DNA of 52,280 bases from an uncultured Gammaproteobacteria bacterium (GTDB taxonomy: Bacteria; Patescibacteriota; Microgenomatia; Levybacterales; GWA1-39-11), in the NCBI GenBank assembly GCA_964409875.1, contig CAYPEN010000006.1, forward strand, positions 1 through 52,280. Direction: 5' to 3'. The notes under the pieces were generated by a model. That model was not told where the DNA came from, made no database searches, and was given only the letters and a program-made list of their open reading frames with translations. The translations under genes and the position numbers were made by a program. Shown here in pieces: positions 26,329 through 35,485 of the stretch (positions are counted from its first letter, which is position 1; each line of letters begins with the position of its first letter).

Positions 26329-27846
26329 CGCACGGGGAAACGGGTAACCCCAATTATTGGACGCCTGCACCACGTGCAGCGCCTCGCGTGCACGGGTGGC
26401 ACCCACGTACCACACCCGGTGCTCCTCGTCCGGGTCCCGCTGCGCCTCCTCCCATACGCGTTTGCTCTGGTCCAGCACCAGCAGCACGTTCGGTGCTTCC
26501 GCGCCTTTGCTTCCATGTATCGTATCTAATTGTACTTGAGCGGACAATTGAAGCGTGCCGTGGTGACGCAGCAGTCCGCGATAGTACATGCGGCGCTTGA
26601 GCGGGATGCTGTCCAGCACTTCGAACCACGGGTCACTGGCACACAAGAGACCGTGCGAACTCTGCAAGTCGTCAAACGACACGCGTTGCGTGTCTCCTAA
26701 CGACGGCAACTTCTTATACCCGTGCTTGATCTGCCTCTTGGTGGCCAGATGCTCGTACAACGTGCGCGCGTCCGCACCCAGCACGTCCTTCCCGGCGCGC
26801 AGGCGCTCCCATGTGTAGATGGCTGTGCGCTCCGCATCGCGAATGGAGCTGTAGCCGTGCTGCGTGTAGACCACGTTACGTGCCTCCAGACTCTGTTGCA
26901 ACCCTTGCAACAGGTAACGGTTACGCACCAGCCAGAGCCACTTGTCTTCCTTGCCCACGCGCACGTGATCGGCGTTGGCGTGCACGTAGATCTGCCCTTG
27001 TGAATCGCGCGGCAGAAATTGCTTGTCCACCCGGCGCTTGATGCGTCCGGCAAGCTTGGCCGCCACCGCGTGCACCGCCTTGGGTAACCGGTAGCTCTGG
27101 GTCAGGATACGGCGCTCACCTTCCAGGCCCAAGAAGGTTTGCACGTCGGCACCGGCCCATTGGTAAATCGCCTGATCATCATCCCCTGCCACGTACTGCA
27201 CCTGTGCGGTGGAAGTGGCCTGCAACGCCGCCAGCCATTGCAACGCGGACAAGTCTTGCGCCTCATCCACAAACGCAACGTCGACATCCAGCGTCCGTTC
27301 CAGCTTCACGAATTCGTGCAGCACGTCCGTGAAGTCGAGCAGCCCCTTCGTTTCTTTGAACGACCGGTAGCTGGCCGCAAAGTGCTCCACCACCTGCCAG
27401 GACAAATCGGTACGCACCTGTGTCCACACATCCTTTAAGGACTGACCGCGCAAGCGCGCCAGGTTATCCAGCGCCAGCAGCACATCGCCTTTCTCCAATG
27501 AGGAAATGCCTTCCGCAGCCGCCTCGCTCACCGCCACGTTGCCAAACTTCAATCCCATTGCATTACCAAACTCGTCCATGCTGCCACGATCCACCACGTC
27601 CCCATGCCGCAGCCGTAGCGCCTTGTAACACATGGAATGGATCGTGCGAAAGTGCGGCAGATCCTTGACCTTGAATCCCAGCACTTGCTCCACCCGCTCC
27701 AATGCCTCCCGCCGCGCACGGCGCGTGAAGGTCAGGAACGCGATGCGCTCCGGCGGGACACCTGCTTTGAGATGTTCCTCCAGACGGTGCAAGAGCGTGG
27801 TGGTCTTGCCGGTGCCGGGTGGACCGAAGTAGATGATGCGGTTCAT
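26326..27846 (-). CDS. Superfamily 1 (UvrD/Rep-like) DNA helicase
   Basis: GPPGTGKT, AFLTFTR, FRTIHS, FVDEAQD, AGDDDQAIY, QSYRLP, TIHGSKGAE, YVGATRA. Confidence 0.95.
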   Translation of the reverse strand: MNRIIYFGPPGTGKTTTLLHRLEEHLKAGVPPERIAFLTFTRRARREALERVEQVLGFKVKDLPHFRTIHSMCYKALRLRHGDVVDRGSMDEFGNAMGLKFGNVAVSEAAAEGISSLEKGDVLLALDNLARLRGQSLKDVWTQVRTDLSWQVVEHFAASYRSFKETKGLLDFTDVLHEFVKLERTLDVDVAFVDEAQDLSALQWLAALQATSTAQVQYVAGDDDQAIYQWAGADVQTFLGLEGERRILTQSYRLPKAVHAVAAKLAGRIKRRVDKQFLPRDSQGQIYVHANADHVRVGKEDKWLWLVRNRYLLQGLQQSLEARNVVYTQHGYSSIRDAERTAIYTWERLRAGKDVLGADARTLYEHLATKRQIKHGYKKLPSLGDTQRVSFDDLQSSHGLLCASDPWFEVLDSIPLKRRMYYRGLLRHHGTLQLSAQVQLDTIHGSKGAEAPNVLLVLDQSKRVWEEAQRDPDEEHRVWYVGATRAREALHVVQASNNWGYPFPRA

Positions 27847-28310
27847 GGTTGCTCCGCTGTGATTTCCCACAGCACCCGTGCAATGTGTCCGGTGCCAATG
27901 GGGTTGCGTTTGGCACGCAGCTTGACGCTTGAGGCTGCCCACCCAGCTCGAGGCGGTAGTTCTTTGACCCGTCTCCACCCAGCTGCGCGCAACGATGCGC
28001 CGGTTTCGTTGGCTTGCGTGTACGTGATAGCGCGCAAATACCCCATCGCCTTGGCTGCACGCCACACCGCACCGTATAACATGGAGTTAGCGTTGCGTGT
28101 GCCGTCGGTACACGTGCGGTTTACTTCGATGGTTGTACCATTATCAAAATGACGTGCAATTGGACGGCCAGCCATCGCAACACCGATCAACACAATTCCG
28201 TCAGCTAAACCGATAGAAAATTTATGGCCTCGAGGTGGTGCATTGTGACGATGGTACTTGGCGACAAATTCACATGCAGTTCTGAACGTGACCGGAACTA
28301 TGTGCATCAC
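27843..28310 (-). CDS. XF1762-type protein (Mom-related, GNAT-like), candidate DNA modifier
   Basis: HRH-x-x-PPRGHKF...GRP-x-AR-x-x-D...EV-x-R-x-CTDG-x-x-NA-x-S-x-LYGA...ITYT...E-x-GASL-x-AAGW; visibly more AT-rich than its neighbours. Confidence 0.65.
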   Translation of the reverse strand: MMHIVPVTFRTACEFVAKYHRHNAPPRGHKFSIGLADGIVLIGVAMAGRPIARHFDNGTTIEVNRTCTDGTRNANSMLYGAVWRAAKAMGYLRAITYTQANETGASLRAAGWRRVKELPPRAGWAASSVKLRAKRNPIGTGHIARVLWEITAEQP

Positions 28311-29836
28311 ATGTCCCCCTCTTTGGCGAAGTCCTTGGCTGGGATGTCAACCGGTTCCTGCTGCGGCTCCGGTGCCACCCAGACGTTGATGTTGCGACGG
28401 CCCACGCGGAACTGTTTGTGTGTGACGCCAAACGTGCGCAGGTGCCGGTAGAGCATGGCCTTGGGAATGCCGCGCACGTGCTGGCTCTCCAGGTACCTGG
28501 CAAAGTCGGCACTGCGAAAGTACACAAACCCTTCCTCCGTGAACGGCCGACCCGTGAGTATCTCTTCCCGCGTCTCCGCCTTGGCAAAGTCCAGGCAAAA
28601 AGATTGCAAGTGGAACTCCAGGTCCCCCGCTATCCCGGCGTCCGCCGGTGCCGCCACCTCGGTCGCGTTCTTAAGTATCCCGTTCACCACCTCTCGCCAC
28701 TGGTTCTCCTTTAAGCGCGGCGGACTTATATTAAGATGCTGGATGCAGTGGGTAATAAAATTGCCTTGGTATTGCAAATCCTGGGAGTCCAGTTGCAACC
28801 GCACACCGTTCACCGTCACCAGCCAATACGGTGGTGTGGTCAGAATCTTCTGTGCGTGACTGTCCACCGTGATACCCCAATCCTCCTCGCTCCCCCCAAC
28901 GCCGAACTCCCGCGTCCGGCACAGTGCCTTGTTGCACACCGCCTTGCACGGCGGCTTGTCGCACGTGTAGGCGTAGTCCTTTCGCTTAAGGGACTTCTGG
29001 ATGCTTTTGACCTCAATCTCCGACAGCGGCGGCTTGAAATAATCCACGTTGTAGGAGAACAACCGAGTCTCCCACTCATCCGGAAACCGTTTCTTAAGGT
29101 ACACCCCCACCGCAAACAGCCCCATGTTGCGGGAGCCTTCCGGGAACCCCGTGCGCCCAAGCGATTGCAAACAGGGCGGGGCCTCGCGGAACTCCTCCCC
29201 CTGCGGCACCGCCAATGCCTCCAACTGTTCGGCGGTGATGCGAATGGTGTGTGCACGCTCCAGGAACGCATCCGGGGTCAACGGCACGCCCAGGTAAATG
29301 CCGTATCTGGCGGTGTCGTGCTCAATGCAATCAAAGTACGGCATGTTGATCCAGTTGCCAACATCCGCCTCCGACAACAGTGCATTCTGTTTGGGGAATA
29401 TCTCGCTTCCCCCGTACCCAAGGACCGAGGCCCACTCAGCCAGCCGTTGGCGCAGGAGCTTGGCTGGCAGGGGTTCTGCGCCAAACACCGCCACGTGCGC
29501 ACCGCCCGACTTGCTGCGGAAAGGCAGCAACGGCAGATTCGCCGTTGCCACCCGCCGCTCCACTTCCACCAGGTCCACGGGGTACTGGTCCACATCAATC
29601 ACGCCGAACCAGCACGTGGCATCGTCCGTTACCGGGATGATGCCGATGCCACGTGCGCCGCTCAAGTGCGCTTCCCACAACGCCGGGGTCACGGGTTCAC
29701 GCACCGTGTCTGCTCTGCCTTCGACCTTCAAGCCTCCGTATTTACGCTGGTTGATGACGTAGCGCCCATAGGCGCGATTCAGCCCCTGGAACAATTCCCC
29801 AAAGCGCAGGGCCAGCGCACTGACGTCATCCGCCAT
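28307..29836 (-). CDS. Archaeo-eukaryotic-type primase with PriCT-like domain
   Basis: HL-x-G-x-x-GIGI-x-P, IDVD, RSKSGGAH, EIFPKQ, GNWINMPY; PPC...EGSRN-x-x-LF. Confidence 0.8.
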   Translation of the reverse strand: MADDVSALALRFGELFQGLNRAYGRYVINQRKYGGLKVEGRADTVREPVTPALWEAHLSGARGIGIIPVTDDATCWFGVIDVDQYPVDLVEVERRVATANLPLLPFRSKSGGAHVAVFGAEPLPAKLLRQRLAEWASVLGYGGSEIFPKQNALLSEADVGNWINMPYFDCIEHDTARYGIYLGVPLTPDAFLERAHTIRITAEQLEALAVPQGEEFREAPPCLQSLGRTGFPEGSRNMGLFAVGVYLKKRFPDEWETRLFSYNVDYFKPPLSEIEVKSIQKSLKRKDYAYTCDKPPCKAVCNKALCRTREFGVGGSEEDWGITVDSHAQKILTTPPYWLVTVNGVRLQLDSQDLQYQGNFITHCIQHLNISPPRLKENQWREVVNGILKNATEVAAPADAGIAGDLEFHLQSFCLDFAKAETREEILTGRPFTEEGFVYFRSADFARYLESQHVRGIPKAMLYRHLRTFGVTHKQFRVGRRNINVWVAPEPQQEPVDIPAKDFAKEGDM

Positions 29837-29842
29837 GGTTGC

Positions 29843-30685
29843 TTACGCATCGAGCTCGTTGTCATCCAAGTCACTCGGCGTACCGCCACGGCCCCCACCG
29901 GCAACGCCGGAGTCCTGGAGCTCGGAGTAATCCACCCGGCTCTGGTTCACCCGCATGGACTCGTAGAACGCCTGCGCGGTCTGGAACTCCTCCAGCCGCA
30001 TCACCGGCTCCCGGTCCACGCCTTCCCAGATGTACCACGTGCCCTGGTCATTGCTCACTTCCTTGGTCTTGAGCGTGAACACCTGCTGATACCGCTTGGG
30101 GTGTGCCGACACCACCGCACCGTCTTTCGTGCGCAGAGGAGAGATGGCACTGGCGTTCCAGTCCTTGGAGAATTTGAGCATGGTGGAGGACATGGGGATG
30201 AGCGCACCCTCCATGCTGTCGTCCTCGTTGAGCACAATCACGAAATGGCTGTGCGTGCGCACCAGTTCATTCCCATTGGGGAGGATCTGCTTGCGGCTGT
30301 CCTCTGCCTGCCGGGCTTGGCGCACTAGGGGTGTGTTGCTGGGGTGCACGGCCACCAAGCCGCCGCCCTTGTTGCGCGGCACCCATTCGATGTAGGTTTC
30401 GATGAAGTAACAGGGGATCACCCGCACTTCCTTGGCCAGCGCCTTGGTGACGGTGTTGAAAATGTCCCCCGGTGCCGCACCCTTGATGTACTCCGGGCGC
30501 GTCTTTTTCACTTGCGGTGACAGGTCCTGGAGGATGCGCAGGAAGGGAATCGAAAACGCGTCCCCCTTCGTCTCCTCAAACCCCGTCCCCTTGTCGGCCG
30601 CGATGGCCTGTGCCAAATCCGTAGGGACCAACGCGCCGCTCTTCTTGGCCGTGGTGGCCACCTCTTGCTTCTTGCCTGTTGCCAT
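29843..30685 (-). CDS. Putative ssDNA-binding protein
   Basis: IPFLRILQ-x-LSPQV, G-x-IFNTVT, YIEW, aromatic-rich beta core, acidic C-tail (DLDDNELDA); lies in the replication module. Confidence 0.65.
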   Translation of the reverse strand: MATGKKQEVATTAKKSGALVPTDLAQAIAADKGTGFEETKGDAFSIPFLRILQDLSPQVKKTRPEYIKGAAPGDIFNTVTKALAKEVRVIPCYFIETYIEWVPRNKGGGLVAVHPSNTPLVRQARQAEDSRKQILPNGNELVRTHSHFVIVLNEDDSMEGALIPMSSTMLKFSKDWNASAISPLRTKDGAVVSAHPKRYQQVFTLKTKEVSNDQGTWYIWEGVDREPVMRLEEFQTAQAFYESMRVNQSRVDYSELQDSGVAGGGRGGTPSDLDDNELDA

Positions 30686-30687
30686 GA

Positions 30688-31281
30688 TTACTTGCTCCGC
30701 TTCTGTTTGATTGGTTTAACAACTACGACCGGTTGTACATGATGCGTGATGGATTTGGGTAGCGGCTTTGCGGCCTCCACCTGCTCCTTCACAAAGGCTT
30801 TGAGCGTTCCGGCATGCACACCGGAGCGCATCTCGTAGGGAACCTTAGCCTTGTCCAGCAGCGCACGCACACGCTTAATGAACCTGGTGTCCCCCTTCTC
30901 CGCCACGATGGAAAACTGCGTTTTGACCAACGCACCAAATCCATTGTCGTCCAGCCACCTGGTAGCCTCCTCGGCGTTCGCCGCGCTGATGCTGGCGTAC
31001 ACCTCCTTGGTGCGGATGAACTCATCCTCGTCAATCACCATCCGTTCCATGGCCGCCTCGTCCATAAGCGATGGCAGCACCTCCTGGGACAGGCGCGCCA
31101 CCTCTTTGGACGCCGTGGTGGTGCGCTCGTTCAAGTCCCCCACCATGCGCTGCGCCATGCGCAGCTCCAGGGCGGTGGCCTTGATGCGTCCGAGCAGGTC
31201 CGGTGCCGGGGCGTCTGATGTGTCCGCCGCAATGGCTACCGCCAATGCGGGGTCAAGCGTCTGCGTCTTCTTCGTTGCCAT
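30688..31281 (-). CDS. Conserved phage replication-module protein
   Basis: LP-x-x-M-x-E...A-x-x-WL-x-x-NG-x-G-x-LVK...VH-x-x-TLKAFVKE. Confidence 0.65.
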   Translation of the reverse strand: MATKKTQTLDPALAVAIAADTSDAPAPDLLGRIKATALELRMAQRMVGDLNERTTTASKEVARLSQEVLPSLMDEAAMERMVIDEDEFIRTKEVYASISAANAEEATRWLDDNGFGALVKTQFSIVAEKGDTRFIKRVRALLDKAKVPYEMRSGVHAGTLKAFVKEQVEAAKPLPKSITHHVQPVVVVKPIKQKRSK

Positions 31282-31471
31282 CTGCAAATCTCCGTTGTCC
31301 GTGTGGTTGCCCTTCCGCGCGGGAGATTTTAATGTCCTGCCCTGCGCGGAACCCAAGGCGAATGCTGCCATCCGCCAATGTACCCAATACCTCAACCGTG
31401 GCGATGGGATCACCCGTTGCACGTTGCAACAGGTCCACCGCCTGCCCTGCCTTGCGAGTCAAAATCAACAT
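31253..31471 (-). CDS. csrA: CsrA/RsmA-like RNA-binding regulator
   Basis: MLILTRKAGQ...V-x-VLG...IRLG-x-x-A-x-x-DI-x-I-x-RAE follows the CsrA pattern including the conserved C-terminal Arg; AAGGAG RBS. Confidence 0.8.
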   Translation of the reverse strand: MLILTRKAGQAVDLLQRATGDPIATVEVLGTLADGSIRLGFRAGQDIKISRAEGQPHGQRRFADGNEEDADA

Positions 31472-31472
31472 A

Positions 31473-33047
31473 TCATACGTTCTCCTTAATGTCCGCCGTC
31501 TTCCAAGTCATTAAAACCTTTGCCATGGTGGTGTGCTGTGCAAGCGCCGCCGCAATGTTCTCTTCCACCCCTGCGTTGATGGCGCGCAGGTCATACACGT
31601 TCACCGTCCCGCGCTGGCCAATGCGGTGCGCACGGTCCTCGGCCTGAATGCGCTGTGCGTAGGAATAGGAATTAGAGTAGAACACCATGGACTGTGCCAC
31701 GGAGAAGTCCAGCCCTACTCCAGCTGTACGTGGGTGGGCGACCAGCACGCGCAAGCTCGAGACACGGTCCTTAAATTTGGCTACGATGTCTGCCCGTTCT
31801 GGCTTGCTGGTCGCCCCATACATAAGTGCGCTGTCGGGTAACAGGTCCTTGAGCGCACGCAATTCCGCCTTAAATTGTCCCCACACTATCACTTTCTCCC
31901 CCGCCGCCAATGCGTTCTCCACCAATTGCAGCGTGCGCTGCATGCGCGGGTTTTTGTCAATGGGGTCTATGGGTTGGGTGTGCTTGTTGTCATCTGTAAC
32001 GAAGCCGCCGCAGCACTGCTGGAGGCGCAGCATCATGGTGAGCTTGATTTTCATGGTGAGCCTGCGGTCCGAGACGAGGAGCAATTCCGCAAGCTCCTCC
32101 TCGTCTAGGTCCGCATGCTTAAGAGGGGCTACCGATTGTCCCGCCTCCGCCTTCTGCAACATGACCACGGCGTCTTCCTTGATGCGATCATAGAGCGCCG
32201 ACTGTGCAGGGGTTAGGTGTACCGGCACGTTGGTGTAGACCTTGGGTGGGATGTCCAGGCAGTCCTCTTTCCGCTGCCTGAAGCTGTACTTGGCGACGCG
32301 GTCGTACAGTTCCTCGAGGTTCCGGTACTCCACCAACTGGTCGTATTCCACCGTGCGCAGTTGCTTGGTCTTTTTGTCGACAAACCTGGCGTGTTCGCGG
32401 GTGAACCGGCCATAGCGATGCTTGAAAGACACAAAGCTGCTGGCATAGCCCAGGATGCGCTCATCCAGGAACTTGAACTGTGGGTAGAGGTCAAACGGTG
32501 TTTGCGTTTCTGGGGTCCCCGTGAGGATGCGGCGTGCGAACGCCAGGGGTGCCAATTGCAGACAGCGCCGCGTGCGGGTGGCCTTGGGTGTCTTAATGGC
32601 CAAGTGGGATTCGTCTATCACAAACAGTACGGGTGCGCTTTTGAGGAAGGTGGCGGCCACGTTGTAACCCGCCTTGGTGGTTACTGCTTCGTGGTTCATG
32701 GCCAAGACACGAAGATGCACCGAACTTGCTGCTTTAGCAAGTTCGGTGCATAGGCGTCGCTGGCGCTGGCTGCCCGCCTCCCACGTGACCGCCTTATAAG
32801 GGATGCGCGGTGGCACGTGCTTGGGGAGTTCCTGCAACACCCACTGTGAATCGACCTCATTGGGCGCCAACACCAACAGGCCACGGATCTTGCCGCGCTC
32901 GTAGAGGAAGCAGGCGGTGTCTATGGTGACCTTGGTCTTCCCTGTGCCGGGGTCCATAAGCAACGCAAACGCCACCTTCTTGGCACTGGCTTCAAAGCCC
33001 AGCCCTTGGTGTGGATAGTGTGGCAGATGGGGAGTGTATTCGATCAC
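31473..33047 (-). CDS. SNF2-family helicase (start uncertain)
   Basis: YPHQ, LMDPGTGKT, VIDESH, LTGTP, L-x-Q-x-x-GG, KVIVW, G-x-GLDF, QAEDRAHRIGQ. Confidence 0.93.
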   Translation of the reverse strand: MIEYTPHLPHYPHQGLGFEASAKKVAFALLMDPGTGKTKVTIDTACFLYERGKIRGLLVLAPNEVDSQWVLQELPKHVPPRIPYKAVTWEAGSQRQRRLCTELAKAASSVHLRVLAMNHEAVTTKAGYNVAATFLKSAPVLFVIDESHLAIKTPKATRTRRCLQLAPLAFARRILTGTPETQTPFDLYPQFKFLDERILGYASSFVSFKHRYGRFTREHARFVDKKTKQLRTVEYDQLVEYRNLEELYDRVAKYSFRQRKEDCLDIPPKVYTNVPVHLTPAQSALYDRIKEDAVVMLQKAEAGQSVAPLKHADLDEEELAELLLVSDRRLTMKIKLTMMLRLQQCCGGFVTDDNKHTQPIDPIDKNPRMQRTLQLVENALAAGEKVIVWGQFKAELRALKDLLPDSALMYGATSKPERADIVAKFKDRVSSLRVLVAHPRTAGVGLDFSVAQSMVFYSNSYSYAQRIQAEDRAHRIGQRGTVNVYDLRAINAGVEENIAAALAQHTTMAKVLMTWKTADIKENV

Positions 33048-33142
33048 AAGACCCGGCTCCGTGTTCCCTGTTGCGGTGCCAACCGTAACCCGAGCGCGGC
33101 AATCTTTGCAAGTGGCCGCCGTGCACAAAAGTACCGCCCCCC

Positions 33143-33374
33143 TACTACAGGTACTACGCTGCTACATGGGGTTGGATGGGTGTAGTACATAGCAGTGGCA
33201 CAATCAGCAGTGTGGTACTACACAACGGAACGACGCAAAAATGCCTATATAAATAGTGTTTGGGGGTATACCGGTGTGGAGTATGTAGTAGCGTAGTAGC
33301 ACCCCCCCAAGGTACTCTCAAAAAACCCTTTTTTCTTGACCCCACCCCCCCCTTACTACGGCTATAGGTACTAC
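33143..33374. repeat. Cluster of 8 TACTAC/GTAGTA hexamers in the divergent intergenic region (candidate origin or packaging site)
   Basis: TACTAC at 33143, 33152, 33216, 33354, 33369; GTAGTA at 33182, 33285, 33293; central AT-rich stretch. Confidence 0.7.
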
Positions 33375-33447
33375 AAACCTACACCGGGTGGCGGCGTGCG
33401 CTGCTGGGCTTGTAATTGTCGGCCGGCTTTGGTATTTACGTGCACCC

Positions 33448-33852
33448 ATGGCAGCACGCGCGAAACCCCACCCCTGTACTCCAGGCACGTTCGATGCCAA
33501 AAAAAGGCGCAAGTTCCTGGATGCTTACGCGGAAGGGGCCACGGTTCGTATCGCGTGCAAGAAGGCGGGCATATCCACCGTCACTGTCTCCAACACTGTG
33601 CGCAAGGACCCGGAGTTCAAACGCCAGTACGAAGAGGCCATGGATCGGAACACGGATGCACTGGAGCAGATTGTGGATGGGATGGCGCGTGGCAAGAAGC
33701 CAAACATGATCGCATGTTTCTTCCTGCTCAAGGCCCGTCGGCCGCATGTGTATCGCGACAACCACACTGTCCAGATCTCTGCCGCTGCTGAGACCGTTGC
33801 CGCCTTCGTTGGTGCAATGGCGAAGGTGCAGGGCAGTGCAACCCAAACCTAA
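33448..33852 (+). CDS. terS: Terminase small subunit
   Basis: HTH-type: FLDAY-x-x-G-x-TV-x-x-AC-x-x-AGIS...DPEF...FLLKA-x-RP-x-x-YRD; precedes terL. Confidence 0.8.
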   Translation: MAARAKPHPCTPGTFDAKKRRKFLDAYAEGATVRIACKKAGISTVTVSNTVRKDPEFKRQYEEAMDRNTDALEQIVDGMARGKKPNMIACFFLLKARRPHVYRDNHTVQISAAAETVAAFVGAMAKVQGSATQT

Positions 33853-35482
33853 AGAATCACTCGTCGACCTGAACGTCAAGTACATTGAGCACGTGCGCCG
33901 TGAACCGGTGTGGTTTGCCGAACAAACGTTGCGGCACCGTGCACTGCCAGGTGAAGCCACCCTGGCTGAAGCTCCGGAGAAGTCTTGGGAGCTGGATGAG
34001 TGGACCAAGCAAGCGATGGAGGCCATTGCAGATGTCTGGCGCAAGAAAAACGGCATACCCACCAGGTACAACCACGCTGGCATCCCCCAGATCACAGTAC
34101 GATCGCCTCACGGCTCTGGAAAGACTCATTCAGCTGCTGTTATCTGTCATTGGTTCAACACAGCATTTCCTGGACGCGTCGTTTGCACCGCGCCTAAGCT
34201 TGATCAGCTCCGAACTCGTGTATGGGGCGCGCTTCGAAAGGTTGACGCTCGAGCAGAAGCGTTCCATCGTGCGACTCACGTTATCAATGACACGACCGTC
34301 TATTGGTACCAGGTCAACGACTACGGCAAGATTGTCGAAAACAAGAACTGGTGCATCCTTGCGGAGACCGCGAGCCACCCGGAATCCCTAGCGGGACACC
34401 ACGAACGATACCAGTTGGTGCTGGTCGAGGAGGCCACAGGTGTATCGGAAGCGTTATATCCCGTCGTATTTGGCGCGTTGTCCACGGGAGAGTTACAGGT
34501 TCTACTCCTCATCTCGAATCCGACAAAACGCACGGGTACTTTTGGTGCATCCCACCTGTCCGCGAAGGAAGCACCCAACTGGTTCCGCATTCACGTTAAC
34601 CTCAAGAACAGCAAACGGATTGATCGTTCCTATGTTGCGCGCATGGAAACGAAATATGGGAAGGAATCGCCGATTGTGGCAGTCCGGTGTTACGGGGATT
34701 TCCCCACGGATGACCCCAGGCAACTCATTTCATATTCTTGGATTACGGATGCGCAATCACGCGAGTTCGATCCGATTCTCGGCGATGGCTCGTTACCCAG
34801 AACGCGGATTGTTGTGGACGTGGCTGATGGTGGAGAAGACGAGACCGTTGTTACGATCGGCAAACGGTTCCAGTCGATGGACGTCTTCCTGAAGCAGCGG
34901 CAGTACAGCTTCCCTTCCGCGTTCTCCCCCATCATGGCGGCGGATGCGGCGGAACAGATGTGGAAGGAGTATGGATGTGACGCAACAAAAGGTGACGACA
35001 TCGTTGTCGACTCCTTGGGAGTCGGGGCTGGCACAGCAGGCGATCTTGCAAGGCGTGGATACCCCGTCATCCGCTACGTGGGTGGTTCGGCATCAGACGA
35101 CACGGCTCGTTGGCGAAATCGCCGAACACAAAGTTATCTCGTGCTGCGTGATCGTTTCCGAGACGGGCGAATTGTTATTTCAGAGGACTTTTGCGAGACC
35201 GCTGAAGAGACCGACGAACTTGTTGCCCAGCTTTGCACCATCCAGACCAAGCCCACCGACCGGCTAGAAGACCTGCTCACCAAGGAAGAGATGAAGGACG
35301 CGGGCGTCAAGTCCCCGGACCGCGCCGACACCCTGGCCATGTTCTATGCGACGCAAGCACCCCTCTCCGTCACCAACAACCCCAAAGCCCCGGGAGCACA
35401 GCACGAAGTGATGCCTGAGTTCATCATCCACCAGCACAATTACTTCAGTGGCTACGAAGATTTGAACGGAGGCTCCCGGTAG
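33836..35482 (+). CDS. terL: Terminase large subunit (start uncertain)
   Basis: Walker A VRSPHGSGKT, Walker B-like LVLVEEA, ISNP, nuclease motifs VDVADGGEDET and SPDRAD. Confidence 0.92.
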   Translation: MQPKPKESLVDLNVKYIEHVRREPVWFAEQTLRHRALPGEATLAEAPEKSWELDEWTKQAMEAIADVWRKKNGIPTRYNHAGIPQITVRSPHGSGKTHSAAVICHWFNTAFPGRVVCTAPKLDQLRTRVWGALRKVDARAEAFHRATHVINDTTVYWYQVNDYGKIVENKNWCILAETASHPESLAGHHERYQLVLVEEATGVSEALYPVVFGALSTGELQVLLLISNPTKRTGTFGASHLSAKEAPNWFRIHVNLKNSKRIDRSYVARMETKYGKESPIVAVRCYGDFPTDDPRQLISYSWITDAQSREFDPILGDGSLPRTRIVVDVADGGEDETVVTIGKRFQSMDVFLKQRQYSFPSAFSPIMAADAAEQMWKEYGCDATKGDDIVVDSLGVGAGTAGDLARRGYPVIRYVGGSASDDTARWRNRRTQSYLVLRDRFRDGRIVISEDFCETAEETDELVAQLCTIQTKPTDRLEDLLTKEEMKDAGVKSPDRADTLAMFYATQAPLSVTNNPKAPGAQHEVMPEFIIHQHNYFSGYEDLNGGSR

Positions 35483-35485
35483 CGC

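Noticed and set aside
28736-30328. 530-aa plus-strand ORF
   Set aside because: Antisense shadow of the primase and SSB-like genes
33336-33368. Sigma70 promoter for terS (TTGACC at 33336)
   Set aside because: No acceptable -10 hexamer at 16-18 nt spacing
33143-33374. CRISPR array or tRNA in the repeat-rich intergenic region
   Set aside because: Repeats are 6-8 bp and irregularly spaced; no cloverleaf or T-loop motif; none noticed elsewhere either
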